DNA from: Mycobacteriales bacterium
GTDB lineage: Bacteria > Actinomycetota > Actinomycetes > JAFAQI01
Assembly (NCBI GenBank): GCA_035547035.1
Contig: DASZVL010000013.1
Location: forward strand, 66,503-130,502
DNA: 64,000 bases
Direction of reading: 5' to 3'
Shown here one piece after another: positions 26,470 to 35,963 of this stretch. A program made the position numbers and the translations under genes. How positions within the stretch are numbered: the first letter of the stretch is position 1; every line of letters begins with the position of its first letter. A model generated the notes under the pieces. The model was not told the origin of the DNA, ran no database searches, and saw only the letters and a list, made by a program, of their open reading frames with translations.

Positions 26470-29400
26470 GACATGACCTGCGAGCCTTCGTCGGTTGCCG
26501 GGCACGAGGTCCGGAACCGGCAGTAGCCGCAGCCTTCGTTCGCTCTCGCCGGGAACGTCTCGGTGCGAATCCCGCCGGCGATGCCGTCCACGAGGTCGTC
26601 GACCCACTCGTCGCCTGCCTCGAGCGGGTCCTGTCGCTGCACCTTCACGGCGCCGCGAACCGACTTTCGCAGCTGCACCAGCTCCGCGCCGCCCGGGGTC
26701 GTCGACCAATCCTTGAACGCGCCGTGGCGGGTGACCAGCTGGTAGACGCCGAGCTGCGCGTCGGTCTTCACCCGCTCGTCGCTCGGAGGGTTGCGGCTCG
26801 TCTTGAGGTCGACGACGACGAGCCCGCCGTCGGCGTCGAGCTCGATGCGGTCGGCGCGACCGCGTACGACGACGTCGTCACCAACGGCGACCTCGAAGCC
26901 GACCTCCGCACTCGCGCACTCACGGTCGTTGAGGGCGTGCCAGGCGAGGAACCGCTCCAGCGCCGCGCGCGCCTCGACGTGGTCGCGCACCGCCTGCCAC
27001 TTCGCGTCGTACGGGAGCAGGTGCCAGACCTCGTCGAGGCGCTCGACCAGCACATCGATGTCAGCGGGGAGCTCGCCGACGACCACCGCCTCGGCGAGCG
27101 CATGAACGATCGACCCGAACCCCTGCGCGGTCGACGTCGACTCCGCCGCCTTGGCTTCGCGGTCGAGAAACCAGGCCCGCGGGCATCGGTCGAAAGCCGC
27201 GACGGCCGACGCGGACAGCTCGATCGGGCGGTCCGGGTCACGCACGGGTGCGGCGCCGGGAGTCGGCTCCGGCAGTCCCCACCAATGGTCCGGCGAGGCG
27301 GTCGGGACCAGCGGCGTGCCGTCCTCGTCGACCGCATCGGCAAGGTCGGCAAGACACTCTGCGGCCACCTGGCGGAGGCCCTCGCTGACGTCCGGGTCAC
27401 GCAAGGCCCGTCTCAGCCGCGCGACGAGAGACCCGACCGACAAGATCCCGGCCGTCGGGGTCACGGCGGCAGGGAGCACGACGCCGGTCTCCGTCAGCAA
27501 CCGCGAAGGGCGCTCTGCGAGGTCGTCGGTGCCCGACGTGGCGGTGAGCACGAGCCGCTTGCGCGCGCGGGTGACCGCGACATAGAAGAGGCGGCGCTCG
27601 TCGGTCAGCAGCGCGCCCGCGTCCGGCCCGGCCCCTGGCGAGTCCAACGCCAGGCCGTCGGCATCGAGCAGGCTGCCGCGCCGGCGCAGGTCGGGCCAGA
27701 CCGCCTCTTGCACGCCGGCCACGACGACGAGGTCCCACTCCAGGCCCTTGGACCGGTGAGCGGTCAGCAGGCGCACCGCGCCGAGCGCGCCGGCCTTCTC
27801 TTCGTACGGCGACGCCGGGATCTCTTGCGATGACACCTCGGCGAGGAGCGCACCCACCGTGGCCCTCGGCTGCTTGTCCTCCAATCGGCCCGCGAGCTCG
27901 AACAGAGCGAGGACTGCGTCGAGGTCGCGGTCAGCCGCCCGCCCCTCGGCGTCAGCCGACATCGCAGCGGCGCCGAGCCGGCGCGCCCAGTCCGAGCCGT
28001 CCCACAACGCCCACAGCACCTCTGCCGGGCTGCCGCCGCGTCGCTGCACCCCTGTGGCGGCGTCGAGCAAGCGCGTCAGTCTCACGACGGGCGCCGCGAT
28101 CCAGTCCTCGATCAGCGACGTCGCGGACGGGTCCTCCACCGCCTCGGCGATCAGCCTCGGCGACGGACGAGCGAGTCCGTCGTTCTCGATCCGGTCGAGC
28201 TCGCGCAACCGGCGACCCAGAGCGCGCAGCTGCGACGGCGTCGCGCCGGCCAGCGGGGACGTGAGCAGCATGCGCGCGATGTCCGGCGTCATCGGCTGCG
28301 CCGGGCGGACCTCTCGACCGACTGGTGCGCGCTCGCCGCGGGTCCGCTCATCGACGATCTCCAGTGCGCGCAACAGCGGTGCCACGGCGGGATCACGGGA
28401 CAGCGGAAGCTCGTCGGCGGCGACCGACACCGGGATGCCGGCCGACACCAGCGCCCGGCGAACCGTCGGGATGCTGCGGACACCGGAGCGGACCAGCACC
28501 GCCATCCGCGACCACGCGACGCCGTCGACCAGATGCGCACGGCGCAACAGGTCCGCGATGCCGGTGACCTCGGCCGCCACCGAGGCGTACAGCCGGATCT
28601 CGGGTGCCGCGTCGTCCGTCCCGGCGGCGCGCAGGTTGCGATGTGCTTCGCGCTTCGAGGTCAGCCGGCCGAGGGGGAGCTTCGTCGCGACCGCGCGCGA
28701 CAGCTTGACGAGCTCAGGACCCGAACGCCGGCAAACCTGGAGCTCGGTGACCGCAGCGGGCCGTCCGTCAGCCGTGCGGAACCGGTCCGGGAACTCGATG
28801 ATCCCGGTGACGTCGGCGCCGCGGAAGCCGTAGATGGACTGGTCCGGATCGCCGACCGCGACCAGCAGTCGTCCGTCGCCGGCCAGCATCCGCAGCAGCT
28901 GTTCCTGCGACGGGTCGGTGTCCTGGTACTCGTCGACGTACACCGCCTTGTACTTCTGGCAGACCGAGCTCGCGGATCCGGCGAGCAGGTCGAGGGCACG
29001 GTCGATGACACCCGAGTAGTCGACCTCGTTGCGAAGCGAGAGGACCTCGAGGTACTCCGCGAGAAAGTCGCCCGCGGCGACCCACGCGGGTCGGCCATGC
29101 GCCCGGCCGCGGGCGCGCAACGCAGCCGGGTCCAGGCCGCGCTCGCCGGCCCGGTCGAGCACATCGCAGACCTCTTTCGCGAACCCGCGCAGCCGCAGCG
29201 CCGGAGCCAGCTCGGCCGGCCATCTGGTCTTGCCCTCGCCGGCCGCGTCACCTTCGAGCAGCTCGCGCACCCGCAGTTCCCGCTCGGCCCCGGACAGCAG
29301 CCGCGGCAAGGTGTCACCGGGCGCGACGCCGTAGCTGCGCAGCAGCGAGTAGCAGTAGCTGTGAAAGGTCGCTGCGGACGGCTCGACGACCGTGCGGCCG

Positions 29401-29693
29401 AGCCGCCCGGCGATCCGGCTCCGCAGCTCGTCGGCGGCCTTCCGGCTGAACGTGAGGACGAGCACCTCGTCCGGCGCTGCGCCGCGTCGTACCCGCTCCA
29501 CTACGGACTCGACGAGCGTCGTCGTCTTGCCGGTGCCGGGTCCAGCCAGGACGAGCAGCGGACCCTGGTCGTGATCGACGACGCGCTGCTGAGTGGGGTC
29601 GAGCTCGGGAGCCGCGATCGGATCGACCGGTGGACGGACCAGTCGGTACGTCACGGCGGGCGGGCTCACGACGGCATCACAGCACGCCGGTAC
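26466..29693 (-). CDS. adnA: AdnA-like helicase-nuclease subunit (UvrD-like motor plus RecB-like nuclease with Cys cluster)
   Basis: Walker A LAGPGTGKTTTLVESVV, RecB-like nuclease GRADRIE...VVDLKTSR, C-terminal CGYCRFRTSC Cys cluster; start uncertain (GTG 29693 or 29654), ORF extends to 29870. Confidence 0.8.
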   Translation of the reverse strand, partial: VPACCDAVVSPPAVTYRLVRPPVDPIAAPELDPTQQRVVDHDQGPLLVLAGPGTGKTTTLVESVVERVRRGAAPDEVLVLTFSRKAADELRSRIAGRLGRTVVEPSAATFHSYCYSLLRSYGVAPGDTLPRLLSGAERELRVRELLEGDAAGEGKTRWPAELAPALRLRGFAKEVCDVLDRAGERGLDPAALRARGRAHGRPAWVAAGDFLAEYLEVLSLRNEVDYSGVIDRALDLLAGSASSVCQKYKAVYVDEYQDTDPSQEQLLRMLAGDGRLLVAVGDPDQSIYGFRGADVTGIIEFPDRFRTADGRPAAVTELQVCRRSGPELVKLSRAVATKLPLGRLTSKREAHRNLRAAGTDDAAPEIRLYASVAAEVTGIADLLRRAHLVDGVAWSRMAVLVRSGVRSIPTVRRALVSAGIPVSVAADELPLSRDPAVAPLLRALEIVDERTRGERAPVGREVRPAQPMTPDIARMLLTSPLAGATPSQLRALGRRLRELDRIENDGLARPSPRLIAEAVEDPSATSLIEDWIAAPVVRLTRLLDAATGVQRRGGSPAEVLWALWDGSDWARRLGAAAMSADAEGRAADRDLDAVLALFELAGRLEDKQPRATVGALLAEVSSQEIPASPYEEKAGALGAVRLLTAHRSKGLEWDLVVVAGVQEAVWPDLRRRGSLLDADGLALDSPGAGPDAGALLTDERRLFYVAVTRARKRLVLTATSGTDDLAERPSRLLTETGVVLPAAVTPTAGILSVGSLVARLRRALRDPDVSEGLRQVAAECLADLADAVDEDGTPLVPTASPDHWWGLPEPTPGAAPVRDPDRPIELSASAVAAFDRCPRAWFLDREAKAAESTSTAQGFGSIVHALAEAVVVGELPADIDVLVERLDEVWHLLPYDAKWQAVRDHVEARAALERFLAWHALNDRECASAEVGFEVAVGDDVVVRGRADRIELDADGGLVVVDLKTSRNPPSDERVKTDAQLGVYQLVTRHGAFKDWSTTPGGAELVQLRKSVRGAVKVQRQDPLEAGDEWVDDLVDGIAGGIRTETFPARANEGCGYCRFRTSCPATDEGSQVMS

Positions 29694-29703
29694 GACGGCA
29701 CAG

Positions 29704-30867
29704 TCATCTGTGTACGGCGAAGACGCTGACCTCGCGCAGCGAGGTGAAGAAGCCGCCGGTGTCGGTCTCGACGCGGACCGCGTCCACGCGCGTACCCGGC
29801 AGTGACGCGACCAGTACGTCGTCGGCGCTGCCGAACGGCTCCGTCGCGACGCGGGTGAACCGCCCGCCACCAGGACTGATCGACACTGTGCAGCTCAGAC
29901 ATCCGCGTACCACGAGCAAGGCGGCCGGTACCGGACGACGCAGGGTCACAGTGACATCGCGGTGGTCGTGCTGGGCAGACCCTGCGCACGGCCCGGCTGC
30001 GCATCGCGGGTCGTCAACCGGTTGCCAGTCCGAGTCGAGGACTCCGTCCGTCAGCCCGCACTTCGGCTGCCGGATCTGCTGACCGCGGCTGTCGGTGACG
30101 CTGCACCCAGCGCCTCGACTCGCGGGCACGTCCGTCCCTCGCAGCTCGAGACTGCTGCTGAACAACGCGTCCCGTCCGTGCAGCCGGCCGGACTGCGCCG
30201 TCGTCAGCAACAGGTGTTCGTCCTCGACGACGCGGGCGTCGTACCCGTTGGTGACAGTGAGGGCGTGGCCGTCAGCGACCGGTGGTGTGCCGGTCTCGGT
30301 CTCGAGTGAGGCTTCGAAACGCGACGGGCGATAACGGAGTGGAAGCGGCGGTGGCACGACGAAGCGACGGTTTCCGAGTGCCCGAACATGAGGCGCGCCC
30401 GCGGCCAACCGGATCCGCGCTTGCGTGGACCCGCGCCGCCAGGGCAGGACGACACTCGTCGCCACACGCGCCGGTCCACGAGCCGCGGCGGCGGTGATGT
30501 TGTAGTCGTCGTGCTCCGCGTTGCGTCCCGGCAGCGACAGCGCGAACGACCCATCTCGAGCCGTGAAGCCGCTGTCATGCGGAGCCGAGCAGCCGAGGAG
30601 GCAGTAGAAGCCGACTGTCGAGAAGGCTCCGATCGCGCGAACTGCCTGCTCTCCGCTCGACAGCGCGACTGAGACCACCACAGTCGCACCGGCGACCGGA
30701 TGGCCAGCCGTGTCGGTCACGAACCCGGTCACGGCACGGCCCTGCACCGGTTGCGCGTGCGGCGGCACCGACGGCGGTGTGGTTGCCGGAATCTGGCCCG
30801 CGGTTCGCGGCTGGGCGCATCCCGCCGCGAGCAGAAGCGCGGCAATCGAGGCGAGTCGCCACCGCAT
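29704..30867 (-). CDS. putative lipoprotein, function unknown
   Basis: Signal peptide with lipobox MRWRLASIAALLLAAGC; 387 aa Ser/Thr/Gly-rich, several Cys pairs. Confidence 0.5.
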   Translation of the reverse strand: MRWRLASIAALLLAAGCAQPRTAGQIPATTPPSVPPHAQPVQGRAVTGFVTDTAGHPVAGATVVVSVALSSGEQAVRAIGAFSTVGFYCLLGCSAPHDSGFTARDGSFALSLPGRNAEHDDYNITAAAARGPARVATSVVLPWRRGSTQARIRLAAGAPHVRALGNRRFVVPPPLPLRYRPSRFEASLETETGTPPVADGHALTVTNGYDARVVEDEHLLLTTAQSGRLHGRDALFSSSLELRGTDVPASRGAGCSVTDSRGQQIRQPKCGLTDGVLDSDWQPVDDPRCAAGPCAGSAQHDHRDVTVTLRRPVPAALLVVRGCLSCTVSISPGGGRFTRVATEPFGSADDVLVASLPGTRVDAVRVETDTGGFFTSLREVSVFAVHR

Positions 30868-31157
30868 CAGGTCAGGCCGTCCCAGCGGGCGCGGCGGAGA
30901 TCGACCCGCTCACCGTCCATCGGGACGCCCTCGGACCTGAGCAAGGCGACTTGCCGGTCGCGGACCTCGGGTGCGCAGGTGCCGTCGGCTCGCACCACGC
31001 GGTACCAGGGCACTTCGCCGCCGTACCGGCCCATCACCGTGCCCACCGTCCGACCGGTGCCCTTACCCATCCATTCGGCAACGTCGCCGTACACCATGAC
31101 CCTGCCCGCGGGGATCGAGTCGACGGCGTCGAGCACCTCGCGCGCGTAAGGCGTCAC
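30867..31157 (-). CDS. MGMT-family protein (methylated-DNA-protein-cysteine methyltransferase DNA-binding domain-like)
   Basis: C-terminal about 95 aa of ORF 30867..31979: IPAGRVMVYGDVAEWMG...GTVMGRYGGEVPWYRVVRADGT; upstream part of the long ORF is Arg-rich junk; start set to GTG 31157. Confidence 0.6.
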   Translation of the reverse strand: MTPYAREVLDAVDSIPAGRVMVYGDVAEWMGKGTGRTVGTVMGRYGGEVPWYRVVRADGTCAPEVRDRQVALLRSEGVPMDGERVDLRRARWDGLT

Positions 31158-31193
31158 GTCCAGAACAGTAGGGCGAACCACTAACGTTCGAGC

Positions 31194-32075
31194 ATGCGGA
31201 TTCTCGTGGTCGGAGGCACCCGGCTGGTCGGACGTCACATCGCGCAGGCTGCGCTCGACCGCGGCCACGAGGTGACGCTGTTCAACCGCGGCAAGACCGA
31301 TCCCGGCGCCTTTCCGAACGCAACCCATCTGGTCGGAGACCGCAACGGCGATCTGTCCGCTCTTGCCGAGGGCACCTGGGACGCCACGATCGACGTGAGC
31401 GCATACACCTCGAAGCAGGTCAGCTCGCTGCTTGCCGCGCTCGACGACCGCTCCGGCCACGTCACGTTCATCTCGACGATCAGCGTCTACAGCCCCGACA
31501 TCCCGAAGCGCGGCTTCACCGAGACGGCGCCCTTGCTCGCCGCTGACTTCGACGAGACGCCGAGCATGGAGAAGTACGGCGAGCTGAAGGTCGGCTGCGA
31601 GAAGACAGCGATGAAAGAGGCGCGACGGGCGCTGCTCACGATCCGCCCTGGATACGTCATCGGGCCCTACGACGAGACCGGCCGCTTCAACCACTGGGTG
31701 AAGGCGGTGGCGGCGGGCCGGCCGTTCATCGGTCCGGACCCCGAGCAGCCGCTGCAGACCGTCGACGGTCGCGACCTCGCCGCATTCACGATCGACGCGG
31801 TCGAACGCGGACGAGCCGGAGACTTCAACGTCACCGCGCCGCAGCAGCCGCCGACGTTCGCGCAGGTGCTCGACACGATCGCTGCGGCGCTCGACGTCAC
31901 GCTGCCCGAAGTCACATGGTCGGCGGCCGGCGACAAGCTGCCGCTGAGCGCCCCGCTCGACTGGTGGCCGTTCATGCACGCCGACGTGTCGAAGGCCGTC
32001 GGCGCCGGCTTCACCTGGCGGCCACTCGCGCAGACGGTCCGCGACATCGCGGACTACGCCGGCATCAAGACCTGA
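31194..32075 (+). CDS. SDR-family NAD-dependent epimerase/dehydratase
   Basis: MRILVVGGTRLVGRHIAQAALDRGHEVTLFNRGK Rossmann motif, 293 aa. Confidence 0.8.
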   Translation: MRILVVGGTRLVGRHIAQAALDRGHEVTLFNRGKTDPGAFPNATHLVGDRNGDLSALAEGTWDATIDVSAYTSKQVSSLLAALDDRSGHVTFISTISVYSPDIPKRGFTETAPLLAADFDETPSMEKYGELKVGCEKTAMKEARRALLTIRPGYVIGPYDETGRFNHWVKAVAAGRPFIGPDPEQPLQTVDGRDLAAFTIDAVERGRAGDFNVTAPQQPPTFAQVLDTIAAALDVTLPEVTWSAAGDKLPLSAPLDWWPFMHADVSKAVGAGFTWRPLAQTVRDIADYAGIKT

Positions 32076-32111
32076 CGTACGGCGGTCAGACCGCTGGTCG
32101 GCGGCTGAGCC

Positions 32112-33284
32112 TCAGTAGAGAGGTTCGTCTCCGACTACCTGGGTCTGCCAGGCGGTCACGCCGCCCTGCACGTGCTTCGCGTCACCGAAACCGGCGTTCT
32201 TCAGAAGCGCAAGCGCCTCCGCCGACCGCACACCGGACTTGCAATACAAGACCACCGGCTTGTTCTGCGGCAGCTCGGACAGCCGCGACGGCAGCTCACC
32301 CTTCGGGATGAGCACCGCGTCAGGAATGCGCACGATCTCCCACTCGGCAGGCTCGCGGACGTCGACGAGGTAAAGGTCGTCGCCGCGCTGCACCATCGCG
32401 TTGAGCTCTCCGGCGGTGATCGTCGAACCCGCAGCAGCCGCTGAGGCCTCCTCGGACACGACGCCGCAGAACGCCTCGTAGTCGATGAGCTCGGTGATCG
32501 TCGGGTTCTTGCCGCAGATCGCGCACTCCGGGTCCTTGCGGACCTTGACCGAGCGGTAGGTCATCTCGAGCGCGTCGTAGATCATCAGCCGGCCGACGAT
32601 CGGCTCACCGATGCCGGTGATGACCTTGATCGCCTCGTTGACCTGGATCGAGCCGATGGAGGCGCAGAGCACACCGAGCACCCCGCCCTCGGCGCACGAC
32701 GGCACCATGCCGGGCGGCGGCGGCTCCGGGTACAGGCAGCGGTAGCAGGGTCCGTGCTCCGACCAGAAGACCGACGCCTGGCCGTCGAACCGGTAGATCG
32801 AGCCCCACACGTAGGGCTTGTTGAGCAGCACGCACGCGTCGTTGACGAGGTAGCGGGTCGCGAAGTTGTCGGTGCCGTCGACGATCAGGTCGTACCGGCT
32901 GAAGATCTCCATGACATTGGAGGAGTCGAGCCGCTCCAGGTGCAGATCGACCTGCACGAGCGGGTTGATCTCAGCGACCGACGCCTTCGCACTCTCCGCC
33001 TTGGATCGACCGACGTCACTCTGGCCGTGGATGACCTGGCGCTGCAGGTTCGACTCGTCGACGACGTCGAAGTCGATGATGCCGAGCGTCCCGACACCGG
33101 CGGCGGCGAGGTACATGAGAGCGGGCGAGCCGAGGCCGCCGGCGCCGACGCAGAGGACCTTGGCGTTCTTCAGCCGCTTCTGCCCATCCATCGCGACGTC
33201 CGGGATGATCAAGTGCCGCGAATAGCGCCGGATCTCGTTCGGCGTCAGCTCAGCAGCAGGCGCAACGAGCGGGGGAAGCGGCAC
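32112..33284 (-). CDS. moeZ: adenylyltransferase/sulfurtransferase MoeZ (MoeB/ThiF E1-like plus rhodanese)
   Basis: YSRHLIIPDVAMDGQKRLKNAKVLCVGAGGLGSPALMYLAAAGVG ThiF motif, CxxC pairs, C-terminal rhodanese with CKSG active-site loop. Confidence 0.9.
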   Translation of the reverse strand: MPLPPLVAPAAELTPNEIRRYSRHLIIPDVAMDGQKRLKNAKVLCVGAGGLGSPALMYLAAAGVGTLGIIDFDVVDESNLQRQVIHGQSDVGRSKAESAKASVAEINPLVQVDLHLERLDSSNVMEIFSRYDLIVDGTDNFATRYLVNDACVLLNKPYVWGSIYRFDGQASVFWSEHGPCYRCLYPEPPPPGMVPSCAEGGVLGVLCASIGSIQVNEAIKVITGIGEPIVGRLMIYDALEMTYRSVKVRKDPECAICGKNPTITELIDYEAFCGVVSEEASAAAAGSTITAGELNAMVQRGDDLYLVDVREPAEWEIVRIPDAVLIPKGELPSRLSELPQNKPVVLYCKSGVRSAEALALLKNAGFGDAKHVQGGVTAWQTQVVGDEPLY

Positions 33285-33419
33285 AACGTCACCTCAGATG
33301 CAAGATCGGCCAACGGATCGGTACCCGCGGATTTTTCGGCGATCCGAGAAACCTCGGGGGTTCCAAGGGTTGCACAGCGAACAACCCCGCTGCCGAGGCG
33401 TTTCTTCCCGGTCGGGGAC

Positions 33420-35000
33420 CTACCAGGAGAACCAGCGACGGCGCCGCTCGGGCACGACGGTCGCGGGCGCGTCAGGTGAGGCCGGCATCGGCGGGGTTCC
33501 CCATACGGCTTCCTGGTCGAACGGCACTTCCACGCCGGACACCGGCGCCGGCCCTGGCGCGCCGCCCTCGTCAGCCGGGTGGCCGCCGTACGGCGGCTCG
33601 GGCACCCATCGCGCGGCGCGTTGCTCGGCATCGTCGACCGCGGGCCGCTCGATGGACGTCGTGTCGGCGTCATCGTCATCGCCGGCGTCATCGTCGTCGT
33701 CAAGACCGGCCCGGCTGAAGTCGATCTGCGCGACGTCGGCGGCGCCCTCGTCGTCCCCGTCGTCGCCGTACCTGTCGTCGACCTCGTCAGCGCGGGCATC
33801 GTCGCCGTGCCGGCTGTCGCCCTCGTCGTGGTGCGCGGCGGCGATGGGGGCCGGCGGCTCGGGCTGCGGCGGAGCAGGGGCATCGACGAGTGCGACTGCG
33901 CCCGCCCGGCCAAGCAGCGTCTGCGCTAGCGCGAAGACGGCGTCATCCACGTGGGTCGTGATCCGCTGCTCGAGGGCGTTGATCGCGGCGTCGAGGTCGC
34001 CGCTCGGCGCCGGCGACGCCTCGCCGCCGGCAGGCGGGGCGGCCGCCAGCGCGGCGAGCTGGTCGGACAGGCCGGAGAGCTGCTCGCTGATCGGCGACAG
34101 GTCGACCGGCTCGCTCCCGCCGTCGCTGCTCGCGCGGGCCGCGACCACGCCGGCCACGTCCGAGCGCAGCGTCTGCAGCTCGTCGGACAGCTCCGCGAGC
34201 TGCCTGGTCACCGGGGCCAGATCGACCGGGGCACCGGCCGGAGCCGAGGCGGAGCTTTCGCGGGCGGCGACGACGCCGGCCACGTCCGACCGCAGCGACT
34301 GGATCTCACCGGCGAGGGCGCTGAGCTTGGGCTCGAGGCCGGCAAGAGCGCCCTCGTCGATCGTGGCCGGCTGGGCGAGCGCGGCCTGAGTGCCCGCCGC
34401 AAGCGACTCGAGCTTGCCGTGAAGCGACTGCAGGGAGGCGGCGTGGTCGTTGTGCGCCTGCGCGAGGCGCTGCGCGAGCGGGCCCAGCATTCCCTCGATG
34501 GCGGACAGCCGCTCGCTGACCTGGGCGTCCGTCGGGCGCGCCAGGGCCTGTTCGATCCCGCCCAGGCGCTGGCCGAGCGAGCCCTCGATGCCGCCGAGGC
34601 GCTGTTGGAGGCCGTTGAGACTCTCCTGCACGGCCGAGACCTGCTGTCCGTACGACGGCAGCGCCTGCATACCCGTGGTGAGCACGCCGATCGTCTCCGC
34701 CTGGGACCGGACGTGGGCGTCGATCGCACCGAGTGCGCCGCGGGTGTCGGCAAGCTCCTCGCCTCGCTGCGCGACCATGCGGGCGACCCCGTCGAGCCGC
34801 TCGGCCAGGAACCGGACGGCCTCCCGCAGCTCGGCCGTGACCGAGTTGATCGCGTCAGGGTTCTGCGCGGGCTGCTCAGCGCGGAGGGCGGCGACCTCCT
34901 GCCCCAGCCGGATGACCTGGTTGCGAATGTCGACCAAGGCCGACATCGGGTCCGGCGCGGGCACCGGAGCACCCGTGGCGGGGTCAGTGGTCACCGACAT
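33420..35000 (-). CDS. acidic coiled-coil protein with internal tandem repeats (unknown function)
   Basis: Long heptad-like Leu/Ala/Gln-rich region; direct repeat L[AS]ELSDELQTLRSDVAGVVAAR[EA]SS twice; poly-Asp tract DDDDDAGDDDDAD; Pro-rich tail. Start ATG 35000 (or GTG 34994 with better SD spacing); ORF extends to 35231. Confidence 0.6.
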   Translation of the reverse strand: MSVTTDPATGAPVPAPDPMSALVDIRNQVIRLGQEVAALRAEQPAQNPDAINSVTAELREAVRFLAERLDGVARMVAQRGEELADTRGALGAIDAHVRSQAETIGVLTTGMQALPSYGQQVSAVQESLNGLQQRLGGIEGSLGQRLGGIEQALARPTDAQVSERLSAIEGMLGPLAQRLAQAHNDHAASLQSLHGKLESLAAGTQAALAQPATIDEGALAGLEPKLSALAGEIQSLRSDVAGVVAARESSASAPAGAPVDLAPVTRQLAELSDELQTLRSDVAGVVAARASSDGGSEPVDLSPISEQLSGLSDQLAALAAAPPAGGEASPAPSGDLDAAINALEQRITTHVDDAVFALAQTLLGRAGAVALVDAPAPPQPEPPAPIAAAHHDEGDSRHGDDARADEVDDRYGDDGDDEGAADVAQIDFSRAGLDDDDDAGDDDDADTTSIERPAVDDAEQRAARWVPEPPYGGHPADEGGAPGPAPVSGVEVPFDQEAVWGTPPMPASPDAPATVVPERRRRWFSW

Positions 35001-35125
35001 CTCCTCGATCGCGGCTGCTTGGCAAGAAGTATCTCTGTTCTCGCCGACTAACGCAGCCTTCTCCTCCGCAGCATCTGTAACTGGCGCTACGCCCCGATAT
35101 CGCGGATCGTAGTCGGGCGGGCGCG

Positions 35126-35142
35126 CCAGGTATACGACCTGG
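35126..35142. promoter_or_regulatory. candidate TetR operator palindrome in the divergent intergenic region
   Basis: CCAGGTATACGACCTGG (6-bp perfect arms) 44 bp upstream of the TetR start, between divergent genes. Confidence 0.3.
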
Positions 35143-35185
35143 CTGGCCCCGACCCGGGTGGCGAGTCGATACGCTTCGGACCACC

Positions 35186-35821
35186 GTGACCCAAAGCCCT
35201 GGCGCCACCGAGCGCAGCCGCAGGCTGCCACGCTCGGCCCGGCGGGAACAGCTGCTCGGCGCTGCGCAGGAGGTTTTCGTTGCGCACGGCTACCACGCGG
35301 CCGCCATGGACGACATCGCCGAGCGTGCCGGAGTCAGCAAGCCGGTCCTCTATCAGCACTTTCCCAGCAAGCTCGAGCTCTACCTTGCGCTGCTCGAGCT
35401 CCACGCCGACGCGCTGGAGCGCCAGGTTCGCCACGCGTTGGAGAGCACCAGCGACAACCACGACCGGGTGTTCCGCTGCGTCCAGGTCTACTTCGACTTC
35501 GTCGACGAGCCGGGCGGTGCGTTCCGGCTGGTCTTCGAGTCCGACCTGCGCAACGAGCCGATGGTCCGCGAGCGCGTCGACCGCGCCCTGCAACGTTCGG
35601 TCGAGGCGATCGCCGACACGATCGCGAGGGACACCGGTCTGGACCGGGAGCAGGCTGAGCTGCTGTCGTGCGGACTGGCGGGCGCAGCGGAGATCAGCGC
35701 CCGCTGGTGGCTCGACGCGGGCGGTCGGGTCGACAAGCAACGGGCGATCGAGCTGATCCAGGCCCTCGCCTGGCGAGGGATCAGCGGCTACCCCCTCGCC
35801 GCCTTCCCGCCGCTCTCCTAG
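35186..35821 (+). CDS. TetR/AcrR-family transcriptional regulator
   Basis: HTH AAMDDIAERAGVSKPVLYQHFPSKLELYLALLE; 211 aa; GTG start. Confidence 0.85.
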   Translation: MTQSPGATERSRRLPRSARREQLLGAAQEVFVAHGYHAAAMDDIAERAGVSKPVLYQHFPSKLELYLALLELHADALERQVRHALESTSDNHDRVFRCVQVYFDFVDEPGGAFRLVFESDLRNEPMVRERVDRALQRSVEAIADTIARDTGLDREQAELLSCGLAGAAEISARWWLDAGGRVDKQRAIELIQALAWRGISGYPLAAFPPLS

Positions 35822-35910
35822 AAGCAATGTGGCCTAGAAGCAATGTGGCATTGCGTTCGGTTTTCGGCCCGAAACAAGGCCGATCGCGGATGCAATGTGG
35901 CATTGCTTCC
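35818..35910. repeat. intergenic palindromic element copy B (with partial extra half-site)
   Basis: TAGAAGCAATGTGGCC + TAGAAGCAATGTGGCATTGCG ...37 nt... GCAATGTGGCATTGCTTCC; overlaps the TetR stop codon. Confidence 0.75.
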
Positions 35911-35963
35911 GGGGGATGGAGCGCCGTTCACCCTCGGCTGAGCGGTTTCAGCCGACACGATTC

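Noticed and set aside
26469-26709. N-terminal 80-codon extension of adnB overlapping adnA
   Set aside because: The extension is Arg/Gly-rich and overlaps the adnA C-terminal Cys-cluster coding region. A GTG overlapping the adnA stop (GTGA) gives a protein of orthodox length.
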